The notes beneath the pieces were generated by a model that was not told the DNA's origin, ran no database searches, and saw only the letters and a list, made by a program, of their open reading frames with translations. Shown piece after piece: positions 9,514 through 21,419 of a DNA stretch of 64,000 bases (its first letter is position 1; every line of letters starts with the position of its first letter). The translations under genes and the position numbers were made by a program. The stretch is from Candidatus Multivorans sp. (GTDB lineage Bacteria > Acidobacteriota > Thermoanaerobaculia > Multivoradales > Multivoraceae), in contig CBDBDB010000002.1 of the NCBI GenBank assembly GCA_965203495.1, forward strand, positions 3,115 through 67,114, read 5' to 3'.

Positions 9514-10302
9514 ATGGAACAGCAGCAAGTTGCTCCCCTCCCCGCAGGCGTCTCGGCGCTTGATCGCGCGGTGGAACGCGCCAGCGGCTGGCTGCTGGAA
9601 CGCTACGGCGAGGAGGTCGAATGGGCAATCGAGGACCAGTTCCTGATCGGCCTCGACGACCAGGAACGGATCGACCTGGAAGAGCAGCTTCAGGCTCGGA
9701 GCAGCCGCGACCAGTCCACCTTCTTCGCCAACGCGATGAGCTGCATCCTCGCCCAGGGACGCTTCGAACCCGACGCCGACAACGGCAACTGCCGCTCTTT
9801 CAGCTTCGCCGAGAAGCTGCTCGGACAGGGCGGCCTGCTGCTGGAGGTGACGGAGCGCCAATGGCTCGAGGCGCTGGTCGGATGCACGTTGCAGCTCTAC
9901 CGGATCGGACGCCTGGAGGGGGCCTTGATCCCCCTCGACGAGGTGACCAGTCGCGAGCGCTTCGTGGTCGACGCCCATCCCGCGATGGATCCCCTGGACG
10001 AGGGGGATCTGGTCGGCGCGCGCGTCGTCACCCTGGAGAGCGAGAAGACCGGGCGTCTGTGCGGGGTCTTCGGCTTCCCGACCGGAGACGCCGAGCGCGA
10101 TCTCATCGACCTGGTGGAGACCGCGGCGGCGCACGCTCGGGGCGGCCGCGGCGAGATTCTGGGTATCGCCGAGGTCGTGGCCACGGCCTGGCTGCGTTCC
10201 TTCCTGCCGGATGCCTCCGTACGCGGGCCTCAGGCCCTTGCGGACGGCGGCGGCACATCCAGCGCCCGCCGCATCCTGAAGTGGCCGGCCTCGCGGGACT
10301 GA
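9514..10302 (+). CDS. Hypothetical protein
   Basis: 262-aa ORF with coding-like composition, preceded by an AT-rich promoter-like stretch at about 9478-9505. No recognised motif. Confidence 0.7.
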   Translation: MEQQQVAPLPAGVSALDRAVERASGWLLERYGEEVEWAIEDQFLIGLDDQERIDLEEQLQARSSRDQSTFFANAMSCILAQGRFEPDADNGNCRSFSFAEKLLGQGGLLLEVTERQWLEALVGCTLQLYRIGRLEGALIPLDEVTSRERFVVDAHPAMDPLDEGDLVGARVVTLESEKTGRLCGVFGFPTGDAERDLIDLVETAAAHARGGRGEILGIAEVVATAWLRSFLPDASVRGPQALADGGGTSSARRILKWPASRD

Positions 10303-11777
10303 GCCGCCGGAGGCAGACCACGCCGGTCCTCCGCCGTCGCTTCGTAAAGCAGGTCGACGCCTCCGTCCTCGTCCTGCTGACGGCGGCGACCGGCTTGGCG
10401 GCCGGTCCGGACGGCACTGGCCAGGCCGTCACCCCGGCAGTGGGGATTCGTACGCCGCCGCTCCTGTCGCCGGCGGAGATGGCGAGCGCCGGCATGGATC
10501 CCGAAGTCGAACTGAAGATCGACATCGACGAAGCCGGCGTCGTCAGCCGCGTCCAGGTCCTGGCGATCGAGCCGTCAACCCGGTTCGACGACCTGCTGCG
10601 CTCCGCGGTAACGGAAGGCCTGAAGCGATGGCGCTACGGCCCCGCCCGCGACGCCGAGGACAACCCCGTGCCTTCCAGCATGTCGTGGCGCATGAAATTC
10701 CTGAGCGCGGACAGCCGATCCCGAACCGGACTTGGCGCCCTTGACGTCAAGTTCGACCAGGAACGGCGGACACTGGCTGACTTCGACAGCCCGTCGCTGA
10801 CGGACGCCGGAGGCACGAGCCTGAACCCCTTCACCGACCTGCGAGCACTGGCGGGGGCCGACAGCCTGCCGCCGAACTACCGACCGCTGACGCGGCAGGA
10901 GCGCGCCGAGAGGCTCAGTGAAGTCGTCGAGAGCGCGGAGAAGTACATCGACCGGAACCATCGGCGACGAAGCGAGACGCAGCGGTTCATCGTGATCAGC
11001 GACGCCGAAGAGGCGTCTACGGCGGACACCCTCGCCGGAAACATGGAGTCCGTCTTCGGCGTCTTCCACTCGATCTTCGACGAGCACATCCAGCCGATGC
11101 CCCAGAACTGGAAGCTCGTGGTCTACCTGTACCGCCGGCAGGATTCCCTGAAGCAGCTGAATCAGGACGTCGGCGGCCGAGCCTTCTCCAACGGCTTCTA
11201 CCGCTCGCCCGGGCTGCTCGCCTTCCACCAGGAGGTCCAGTACTACGATCAGCTCCTGAGCACGATGCTGCACGAGGCGTTCCATGCCTTCAGCGACAGT
11301 CACCTGACGGCGCCCGGAAAGCAGCTCCCCAGGTGGGCGGAAGAGGGGTTGGCCGAGTACTTCGGCCACTCGAGAATCGAGGACGGACGGCTGGTCACGG
11401 GCGAGCGGAACCGCGGGCGCTACGTCGTCCCGCACGGCCGCAGCGGCCCGGTACGCCTTCAGAGCGGGTCGGTCTGGAGCGTACGCGAGGCCCGCCTGGC
11501 CCTCAGGCAGGGCGAGGCGCCGTCCATCGTCGAACTGATCGACGCTTCGGCGGACACGTTCTACGGCGAGCGTTACCAGGTCTTCTACGGCTTCTCGTGG
11601 CTGTTCACCCACTTTCTCCGCCACGGCAGGGAAGCCTGGGAAAGCGACGGAACGTTCGTCCGGCTGCTGCTCTACCTGACGGAGGAGTACGCCAGCCGGG
11701 ACGCCTTGCAGACCGCCTACGGTCTTCAGCCCGAAGAGCTGCAGAACGAATTCGAGCGCTACGTCAAGCGGTTCTGA
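10299..11777 (+). CDS. TonB C-terminal domain fused to a HExxH (DUF1570/gluzincin-like) domain (start uncertain)
   Basis: VELKIDIDEAGVVSRVQV...LKRWRYGPAR (TonB_C-like), then MLHEAFHAF and LPRWAEEGLAEYF. The upstream part of the 718-aa ORF overlaps the previous gene and is not credible. Confidence 0.7.
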   Translation: MSRRRQTTPVLRRRFVKQVDASVLVLLTAATGLAAGPDGTGQAVTPAVGIRTPPLLSPAEMASAGMDPEVELKIDIDEAGVVSRVQVLAIEPSTRFDDLLRSAVTEGLKRWRYGPARDAEDNPVPSSMSWRMKFLSADSRSRTGLGALDVKFDQERRTLADFDSPSLTDAGGTSLNPFTDLRALAGADSLPPNYRPLTRQERAERLSEVVESAEKYIDRNHRRRSETQRFIVISDAEEASTADTLAGNMESVFGVFHSIFDEHIQPMPQNWKLVVYLYRRQDSLKQLNQDVGGRAFSNGFYRSPGLLAFHQEVQYYDQLLSTMLHEAFHAFSDSHLTAPGKQLPRWAEEGLAEYFGHSRIEDGRLVTGERNRGRYVVPHGRSGPVRLQSGSVWSVREARLALRQGEAPSIVELIDASADTFYGERYQVFYGFSWLFTHFLRHGREAWESDGTFVRLLLYLTEEYASRDALQTAYGLQPEELQNEFERYVKRF

Positions 11778-11797
11778 ACCGCCGCCACGGCAGCCGG

Positions 11798-13201
11798 CTA
11801 GCGGGATGCGTCGTACGCGGCGCGATGAGTCGCCGCATCGGCCTCCCGGCCCAGAATCTTGTAGCAGACCCAGAGGTTGTAGTGGGCGAGGCGGCGCGCC
11901 GGGTCGAGATCCAGGGTGCGCAGGAAGCGCGGGATCGCCTGCTCCCAGCGCTGCAGCTCGACCAGCGCCAGTCCGCTGAAGAAAACGTTCTCCACTCTCT
12001 GGGGGTTCAACCCGGCCGCTCGGTCGAGCGCCTCCGCGGCTTCCTCCCAGCGCTCCGCCCGATAGGCCGCGAAGCCCAGGTTGTACCAGACCGCCTCCAG
12101 GTGGCCGAGTTCCTCGCTCGCTCGCCTGAAGAGATCCAGTGCCTTGACCGGGTCGCCGGCGCTCAACAGCCTTGCGGCCTCGTTGAGCAGGGTCGTCCCG
12201 TCCGCCTCCTGACCGAACCGCCGCCACGAGTTCTTCAGCAGAGCCGCCCGCTCTTCCTTCGACCCGTAGAGATGCACCAGCGCCCCGTCCGCTTCGGCAG
12301 CGGCCCAGGATTCCGGCGGCGCGAACTCGGAGGCGCGCCTGAACAGGGACTCCGCCTCCTCGACGTGACCTGCGTCCCGGAGGTCCCAGGCCGACGACAG
12401 CACGATCGCGGAAAAGACGAGTCGGGCCTGCTCGCCCTCGTCGTTCCGCTCCTGGCCAAGCAGCTCGAGCTGCCGCTGCGCTTCCTCCAGACGTCCGGCG
12501 CGGGCGAGCCCCCGCACGAAGCGGGAACGCGCGTAAGGTCCACCGGAAGGGGTCAACTCGTCCAGCAGGTCGGCTGCCTCGCTCCATCGGCCCCCGACCT
12601 CCAGCGAACGCAGCAGGAGATGACCGACGATTTCGCTTTGCGGCTCCAGGATGCGCAGCTCGCGCAGCAAAGCCAACGCCTCCTCGAACCGTCCCAGACG
12701 CTCGTTGAGTACGGCCGCCAGCCTCAGGAAACGTGCCCGATCCTCCGCGTCGCCGGCCGCCAGACGGCGCTCGACGAACCGGAGCGCGGCCAGCAGAACG
12801 GGTTCTTCCGCGTCCGCGGCGCGGGCGACATGACTCAGCACCGCCGGCGTCGCCCCCGCCGGATCGTCGAGCGCGCCGACGAGCACGCGGCGAACGTCCC
12901 GGACTTCGGACTCGGGCAGGCCGACGCGCTGATGGAACGTGAGCAGGGCAACCAGGGGCGTGACCGGTTCGTTGCACTCCTCGCGGGCCTTCCTGAGCCA
13001 GGCCAGCTCTTCCGTGGGTCGAGACGCGAGCTCCGCGATCCGGGCCTTCCGCATCAGCCGAAGGCACTCGACGTCCGGCAGCCGCGCGGCGGCGCCGCCC
13101 TCGGTCTGCGCGGCCAGCGGCCCCGCAAGCAGACACGACAGCCACCAGGCCCTCGCGCGACGCCAACGAGGATTGCCCATCTTCGGCGGTCCCGACGTCA
13201 C
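11798..13201 (-). CDS. Secreted tetratricopeptide-repeat protein (start GTG 13201 or ATG 13180)
   Basis: Signal peptide (WWLSCLLAGPLAAQ) and TPR motifs (AVWYNLGFAAYRAERWEEA, LAHYNLWVCY). Confidence 0.85.
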   Translation of the reverse strand: MTSGPPKMGNPRWRRARAWWLSCLLAGPLAAQTEGGAAARLPDVECLRLMRKARIAELASRPTEELAWLRKAREECNEPVTPLVALLTFHQRVGLPESEVRDVRRVLVGALDDPAGATPAVLSHVARAADAEEPVLLAALRFVERRLAAGDAEDRARFLRLAAVLNERLGRFEEALALLRELRILEPQSEIVGHLLLRSLEVGGRWSEAADLLDELTPSGGPYARSRFVRGLARAGRLEEAQRQLELLGQERNDEGEQARLVFSAIVLSSAWDLRDAGHVEEAESLFRRASEFAPPESWAAAEADGALVHLYGSKEERAALLKNSWRRFGQEADGTTLLNEAARLLSAGDPVKALDLFRRASEELGHLEAVWYNLGFAAYRAERWEEAAEALDRAAGLNPQRVENVFFSGLALVELQRWEQAIPRFLRTLDLDPARRLAHYNLWVCYKILGREADAATHRAAYDASR

Positions 13202-14391
13202 GCGGTCTCTACCGCGGTCGCCATCCGCTCCACGATCTCCTCGAGAATGGGCCGCGAGGTGGCGAAGTTGAGCCGCGTGCAGCGCGCGAGCCCGAGCGGC
13301 GAGTCCGGCGGGCCGAACTCCGCCCCGTCGTTGAGCGCGACCTTCGCCCGCTTCAGGAAGAACCGGGAGGCCGGCATCGGCAGGTCGAGCCCGCGGCAGT
13401 CCAGCCAGTAGAGATAGGTCGCTTCCTGGGGTCCGTGCACGACTCCCGGCAGGCGGCGGTTGACGAAGTCCGTGAGGAAGGCGCGGTTCGCGTCCAGGTA
13501 GGCGACCGTCTCTTCCAGCCAGGGGTCGCCGCGGCTCCAGGCTGCCCGCGCCGCCTCGACGCCCAGGATGCCCGGATGCGCGAGAACGAAGCGCGGCAGT
13601 TCGTCGAACCGCTTCTTGAGCTTCTCGCTGCCGAAGACGAGCAACGCGAGTTCCAGTCCGGCGAGGTTGAACGACTTGGTCGCCGACGTGATCGTGACCG
13701 TCCGTTCCTTCACCTCGGGGCCGAGGGTCTCGAACACGGTGTGCCGGTGGCCCGGGAACACGAGTTCGTTGTGGATCTCGTCGGCCAGCACGATCAGGTC
13801 GTGCTCGATCGCCAGTTCGGCCACCGCCTCCAGTTCGCTCCGCATCCACGAGCGGCCGCTGGGGTTGTGCGGGTTGCAGAGCATGAACACGCGGGTCTCC
13901 CCGTCGATCGCGGTTCGCAACTGGTCAAGGTCCATCTCGAACCGTTCCGGCCCCCGGCGAAGCGGCGATTCGACCAGGCGTCGGCCGGCGCCGGAGACCG
14001 CCTCCAGGAAGGGCGGGTAGATCGGAGTCTGGATCACGACCCCCTCGCCCTTCCCGGCGCCCAGCATGACGGCGAGATCGAGGCCCTGGAGCGCGTTGAC
14101 CAGAAAGCGGATCCGCCCCGGCTCGACGATCCAGCCAAGCTGTTCCTCCATTCGCCGGCAGAAGATCTCCGGCAGATCGCCGACCTCCGGCGGCTCGCAG
14201 TAGCCGAGATCGGAGCGCTCGACGAGTCCACCTACCACTGCCCGAATCGGCTCGGCCACGGGAAAGTCCATGTCCGCGACCCATGCCGGCAGGATGCCGT
14301 TGCCGTTCGCCGCGTAACGGCTCCACTTGAACCCGGTGCGGGCCTCCAGGTCCTCTAGCCGGAGGGCGTCGAACTGGTCCTTCAGCGACAC
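13198..14391 (-). CDS. patB: PatB/MalY family PLP-dependent C-S lyase
   Basis: PAWVADMDFP, LCNPHNPSGR, DEIH, SATKSFNLAGL, RLNFATSR. Confidence 0.9.
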   Translation of the reverse strand: MSLKDQFDALRLEDLEARTGFKWSRYAANGNGILPAWVADMDFPVAEPIRAVVGGLVERSDLGYCEPPEVGDLPEIFCRRMEEQLGWIVEPGRIRFLVNALQGLDLAVMLGAGKGEGVVIQTPIYPPFLEAVSGAGRRLVESPLRRGPERFEMDLDQLRTAIDGETRVFMLCNPHNPSGRSWMRSELEAVAELAIEHDLIVLADEIHNELVFPGHRHTVFETLGPEVKERTVTITSATKSFNLAGLELALLVFGSEKLKKRFDELPRFVLAHPGILGVEAARAAWSRGDPWLEETVAYLDANRAFLTDFVNRRLPGVVHGPQEATYLYWLDCRGLDLPMPASRFFLKRAKVALNDGAEFGPPDSPLGLARCTRLNFATSRPILEEIVERMATAVETA

Positions 14392-14563
14392 GGACGCAAG
14401 CTATCAGGGGCTGTCGCTTCGAGTCCCTTCGACGCGCTTGGAGGCGCCCAGGTCACGACCCAACACACATCGGGCCGTTGCGCTAGCGTGACGTTCCGAA
14501 CTCGGCCATCTCGGGCGCGCGTCCGGCGTCGGCCGCCGGTGGCTTCCGATAGGGTCCGGCCTC

Positions 14564-15580
14564 ATGGCACTCAAGCTCGGACTTCAACTCGGCTACTGGG
14601 GCGCGGGGCCGCGTCCCGATTTCCTCGACATCGCCATCGAAGCGGAGGCGCTCGGCTACGACTGCGTGTTCACCGCGGAGGCGTGGGGCTCCGATGTCTT
14701 CACGCCCCTGGCCTGGATCGGGGCGCACACCTCGAATATCCGTCTCGGCACGGGCATCGCCCAGATCTCGGCGCGGACGCCAGCCTCGACGGCAATGCAC
14801 GCGATGACCCTCGACCACCTGTCGAAGGGCCGGGTCATCCTCGGTCTCGGCGTCTCCGGGCCTCAGGTCGTCGAGGGCTGGTACGGCCAGCCCTTCGCCA
14901 AGCCGCTGTCGCGCACCCGGGCCTACGTCGAGATCATCCAGAAGATCCTCGCCCGCGACCAACCCGTGACCCAGCACGGCGAGCACTACCCGCTTCCCTA
15001 CACGGGCGAAGGCGCCTGGGGCCTGGGCAAGCCGCTGCGCTCGATCGTCCACCCGCTGCGTTCCGAGCTGCCCATCTTCCTCGGCGCCGAAGGGCCCAGG
15101 AACGTCGCCCTGGCCGCCGAACTCTGCAGCGGCTGGCTGCCGCTCTACTACTCGCCCTATCGACCGGAGGTGTACGCCGAGTCCCTTGCCGGCCGCGGCG
15201 CCGGCTTCGAGATCGCCTACGGCGCCCGACTCCGCGTCCACGACGACGTCTCCCGGGCCCTCCTGCCGATCAAGCAGTCCCTGGCCCTCTACGTCGGCGG
15301 CATGGGCGCCAGGAACCGCAACTTCCACCGCGAGCTGATGGCCCGCATGGGCTGGGAGGAAGAGTCCCTGCGCATTCAGGAGCTCTTCATGACCGGCAAC
15401 CGCGAGGAAGCCGTTGCCGCCGTCCCCGACGACTTCGCCGACGAGATCTCCCTCGTCGGCTCGGCCGAACGGATCAAGGACCGTCTCCAGGCCTTCGAGG
15501 ACAGCGACGTGACAACCCTCCTCGTCGCCGCCGCCAGCAAGCAGGAGTTACGGCAAGCGGCGGAGATCGTGCTCGGCTGA
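14564..15580 (+). CDS. LLM-class (F420-dependent type) oxidoreductase
   Basis: AEAWGSD, LGTGIAQISARTP, LGLGVSGPQVVEGWYG, GAEGPRNV. Confidence 0.9.
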   Translation: MALKLGLQLGYWGAGPRPDFLDIAIEAEALGYDCVFTAEAWGSDVFTPLAWIGAHTSNIRLGTGIAQISARTPASTAMHAMTLDHLSKGRVILGLGVSGPQVVEGWYGQPFAKPLSRTRAYVEIIQKILARDQPVTQHGEHYPLPYTGEGAWGLGKPLRSIVHPLRSELPIFLGAEGPRNVALAAELCSGWLPLYYSPYRPEVYAESLAGRGAGFEIAYGARLRVHDDVSRALLPIKQSLALYVGGMGARNRNFHRELMARMGWEEESLRIQELFMTGNREEAVAAVPDDFADEISLVGSAERIKDRLQAFEDSDVTTLLVAAASKQELRQAAEIVLG

Positions 15581-15597
15581 GCGTCGCCCGTCCAGGG

Positions 15598-15800
15598 CTA
15601 GTAGCCCCGCAGTTCTTCCGCGAGCGCGCGCAAGCCGATTCCCTCCGCAGTCGCCGAGACCGGAAAGCGGTCTTCCCCCGCATGGACGACAAAGGCACGA
15701 CTGGCGCCGATGTCGGCGCAGGCCATGTGGAATCCCCTTCTGGCTCTGGCGCTCAGGCTGCGCTTGATCTCGATCGCCCATCGCTCGCCGTCGCCGCGGG
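15598..15800 (-). pseudogene. C-terminal remnant of an AAA ATPase/DUF4143 protein
   Basis: Minus-strand translation GDGERWAIEIKRSLSARARRGFHMACADIGASRAFVVHAGEDRFPV...LRGY*. It has no start codon and no ATPase part. Confidence 0.65.
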
Positions 15801-15806
15801 TTCTCG

Positions 15807-16205
15807 TTACGCCCGCGCGAACCGACGGCTGTTTCCGCGGCGCGGTCGGCCCCGAAGACCGACACCGGCGGTCCGGTTGAGCGGTACGCGGCGGCGGCGG
15901 AGGCGAGCCTGGCGCTTGACGCGCCGACGGGCGGTGGCGAACGACTGGTTCACCGCCACCGGGATGGAGGCCGCGGCCGAACGATGGACCACGACGTCCG
16001 GGCCCGGAAGGGCGATCTTGACGACGACGTCGAACGTCAGGCCGCCCCGATGACGGCGGGCCGGCCCGGCGACGGTCACTTCGCAGTCCACGATCCGGGA
16101 GTTGAAGCGTTTCAGCGCCGCCGCCTCGGACTCGATCGACTGCTTCAGGTCGTCGGTCAGTCGGACGTTCCGGGTGCGTATCCTGATCGGGAAGCTAGCT
16201 CGCAT
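15807..16205 (-). CDS. HPF/RaiA family ribosome-associated protein
   Basis: IRIRTRNVRLTDDLK, RIVDCEVTV, VVVKIALPGPDVVV, AVNQSFATARRRV. Confidence 0.8.
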   Translation of the reverse strand: MRASFPIRIRTRNVRLTDDLKQSIESEAAALKRFNSRIVDCEVTVAGPARRHRGGLTFDVVVKIALPGPDVVVHRSAAASIPVAVNQSFATARRRVKRQARLRRRRVPLNRTAGVGLRGRPRRGNSRRFARA

Positions 16206-16304
16206 GTTTCACCGAGGTCCGTAGCGAGGGTTCGTAGCCGCCGCTGGCGCGGGGCCCTCGGACCGAGATGCGGCGCAGGCGTAGCCGGCACGTCGTCGAG
16301 CCGA

Positions 16305-16361
16305 CGCGAGGGAGAAGGTCCCGCTACGGCGAGCGGAGCCGCAGCCGCAACAGGGGATCGG
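16305..16361 (-). repeat. Dispersed 57-bp intergenic repeat, copy A (copy B at 43781-43837)
   Basis: 52/57 identical by hand alignment to the reverse complement of 43781-43837. Confidence 0.85.
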
Positions 16362-16443
16362 TCCGGGCCTGGTTCTCAACGCTTGGGTCCCCCTCCGTTC
16401 CCGTGTCAGATCGTACAACGCACCGGGAGACGGGCCTGATTCC

Positions 16444-17457
16444 TCAGGCATTCAGCGACGTGCCGACCGCGCCCCGCAGATAGACGTCGATCAGCCGCGG
16501 CAACGCGGCCAGGTCGTAGCCGCCTTCGAGCACGGACACCAGCCGACCGTCGCTTGCCTCCTCCGCCAACCCGGCCAGTTCGACGCCGAACCGGTGGAAG
16601 CTCTCCTCGGTCAGCGCCATGCCGCCGATCGGGTCGTTGCGCCAGGCGTCGAAGCCGGCCGACACCAGCAGCACGTCCGGATCGAACGAACGGACCGCCG
16701 GCGACAGCAACTCGGTCATGACCTCGGCGTAGACGTCGCCGCCGCTGCCGGCCGGCAGCGGCGCGTTCACCGTCGTGCCTTCGCCTTCCCCAATCCCCCG
16801 CTCGCTGGCGGCCCCGGTGCCGGGGTAGAAGGGGTACTGGTGGACGCTCAGGTAGGCGACGTCTGCCCGGTGGTCGAACAGGTGCTGGGTCCCGTTGCCG
16901 TGGTGAACGTCAAAGTCCAGGATGGCCACCCGTTCCACGCCGTGCACCTCGATCAGGCCCTGGGCGAGGATCGCGATCTGGTTCAAGTAGCAGAAGCCCA
17001 TCGCCCGGTCCCGCTCGCAGTGGTGCCCGGGCGGGCGGGTCACGCTCATCGCTCGGCGGCCCGCGCCCAGCATGACGTGGTCGCCCGCCGCAAGCGCGGC
17101 GCCGGCCGCGGCCCAGGCCGCGTCCGCCGTCCCGGGCGACAGCGGATTGTCGTTCGTGTCGAGCGTCGGCGACGGTCGTCGCGGGAAATCGCCTTCAGCC
17201 GCCAACTCCGCGACGTCGGCGACCGCCGCCTCCATCCTCTCGATGTACCCGGGATCGTGGACAAGACCTGCCAGACGACGACTCTGCCCGACCATTCCGC
17301 CGGCCGGCCCGTCCGAGCCCGTTTCGACCAGGTCCCAGCCCCGCTCTCGCAGGTGCGGCAGAACGGACTGCAGGCGTTCCGGCCGCTCAGGGAATCCCCT
17401 CGGTACAGTGTGCACCTCACAACGTGGGTCCCAGAAGACGCTCATCGGTGAACTCAT
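16444..17457 (-). CDS. Histone deacetylase family protein
   Basis: RPPGHH, GFCYLN, DFDVHHGNGTQ, SAGFDA, LEGGY. Confidence 0.95.
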   Translation of the reverse strand: MSSPMSVFWDPRCEVHTVPRGFPERPERLQSVLPHLRERGWDLVETGSDGPAGGMVGQSRRLAGLVHDPGYIERMEAAVADVAELAAEGDFPRRPSPTLDTNDNPLSPGTADAAWAAAGAALAAGDHVMLGAGRRAMSVTRPPGHHCERDRAMGFCYLNQIAILAQGLIEVHGVERVAILDFDVHHGNGTQHLFDHRADVAYLSVHQYPFYPGTGAASERGIGEGEGTTVNAPLPAGSGGDVYAEVMTELLSPAVRSFDPDVLLVSAGFDAWRNDPIGGMALTEESFHRFGVELAGLAEEASDGRLVSVLEGGYDLAALPRLIDVYLRGAVGTSLNA

Positions 17458-17523
17458 GCGCTACTCCAAACCTCCCGTTCCAGCTCGACGGAGCCTCAGC
17501 CAATGATCCAAGATACTCCAGCG

Positions 17524-17769
17524 ATGAAGACGTCAACCAACGGTCTCCCGATTCGACGCCTCCTCGCCCTGGTCGTTCTCGCCGCGGCGCCGCGCGACGT
17601 CCACGTCATCGAACCGGGCGCCGAACTGAACGAGATCGCGGTCAACGAACTGGGCGAGACCCTGATGGCGCCCCCCGCCATCTAGGACGGGGTCATCCAC
17701 TTCCGGGCGCGCCGACATCTGGTCGCGGTCGGCGACGGACCCGCGGCCTCGGCCAGCGGCCACGGCTGA
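17524..17769 (+). pseudogene. Internally deleted PQQ-binding-like beta-propeller gene remnant with an in-frame TAG
   Basis: Signal peptide joined directly to VHVIEPGAELNEIAVNELGETLMAPPAI*DGVIHFRARRHLVAVG, which resembles the usual C-terminus of such propeller proteins. Confidence 0.65.
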
Positions 17770-17810
17770 TGGCTGATCAGGTCCTGCGTTTCGGACGTTG
17801 AGGAAACGGC

Positions 17811-18232
17811 GTGACGGACCGGGACATTCTCTGGCGGCCTTCGCCGCAACGGGTCGAAGCCAGCAACCTGACCGGCCATCTGCGCTGGCTGGAGTCCACC
17901 CGCGGCCTGCGGTTCGCCGACTACGACGATCTGTGGCGCTGGTCGGTCGACGATCTCGAGGCATTCCGGGGCTCGATCGCCGACCATTTCGAGATCCGCT
18001 TCCGCACCGCCGGAGCGCGTGCTGGCCAACCGCGCAATGCCCGGCGCGAAGGTCGAGGCGTTCGACGAGAGACGAGATCCGGGCGATTCCCGAGGTCCCG
18101 ACGACGCTCTCCGGCAAGAAGCTCGAGGCGCCGATCAAGCGAATCCTCGCCGGCGAGCCCGTGGAGAACGCCGTCAACGTCGGGACACTGAAGAACCCGG
18201 AGTCGATCAAGGCGCTCGTCGCCGCACTGTAG
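17811..18232 (+). pseudogene. Acetoacetate-CoA ligase remnant: N- and C-termini only, frameshifted
   Basis: N-terminus ILWRPSPQRVEASNL...YDDLWRWSVDDLEAF...VLANRAMPGA. C-terminus IPEVPTTLSGKKLEAPIKRIL...NPES in another frame. Confidence 0.8.
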
Positions 18233-18241
18233 CCGTCCACG

Positions 18242-18271
18242 CGGTGCGCCGGCCTTCCGGCCGGCGCACCG
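18242..18271. terminator. Perfect 13-bp hairpin between convergent genes (terminator or REP-like)
   Basis: CGGTGCGCCGGCC-TTCC-GGCCGGCGCACCG. Confidence 0.6.
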
Positions 18272-18282
18272 ACGACGCAGCG

Positions 18283-21060
<2,778 letters not shown>

Positions 21061-21419
21061 TCGATGTCCTCTTCCTTCCTGGGGCGGCTTCAGTCTAGTC
21101 TAGTGCCTGAAACGGCGCGGTCAAGCGCCGATGCCGCGGCGCCCGTCACCGGCCCGGCCCGCCAGTCCCCGCGTCCCGTGACCTCTTCCCAGGAACCTGC
21201 CGTCACTGCGTGAACCCCCGGCCGATCAGGTCGCCAGCCTGACGACCTCATTGCGGGCGATTCTGGACTTCACGGCCGATCCCCGCCAGCAAGCGCGGCA
21301 TCACCGACAGTTCGGACCTTCGCCACCTTGTGGCATGCGTCTACCACCGCGTTCATGGCTTCGTTACGCGAGACGGCGGGATTCTTCGGCATGCCGAAGC
21401 GCTGCGGGGGGGCGTTCAG

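Noticed and set aside
6390-13849. Very long antisense or alternate-frame ORFs (e.g. 6390-8348 minus, 10575-13166 minus, 11333-13411 plus) and similar ones throughout
   Set aside because: Shadow ORFs typical of high-GC DNA. They are Arg/Pro/Gly/Ala-rich without motifs and overlap well-supported genes.
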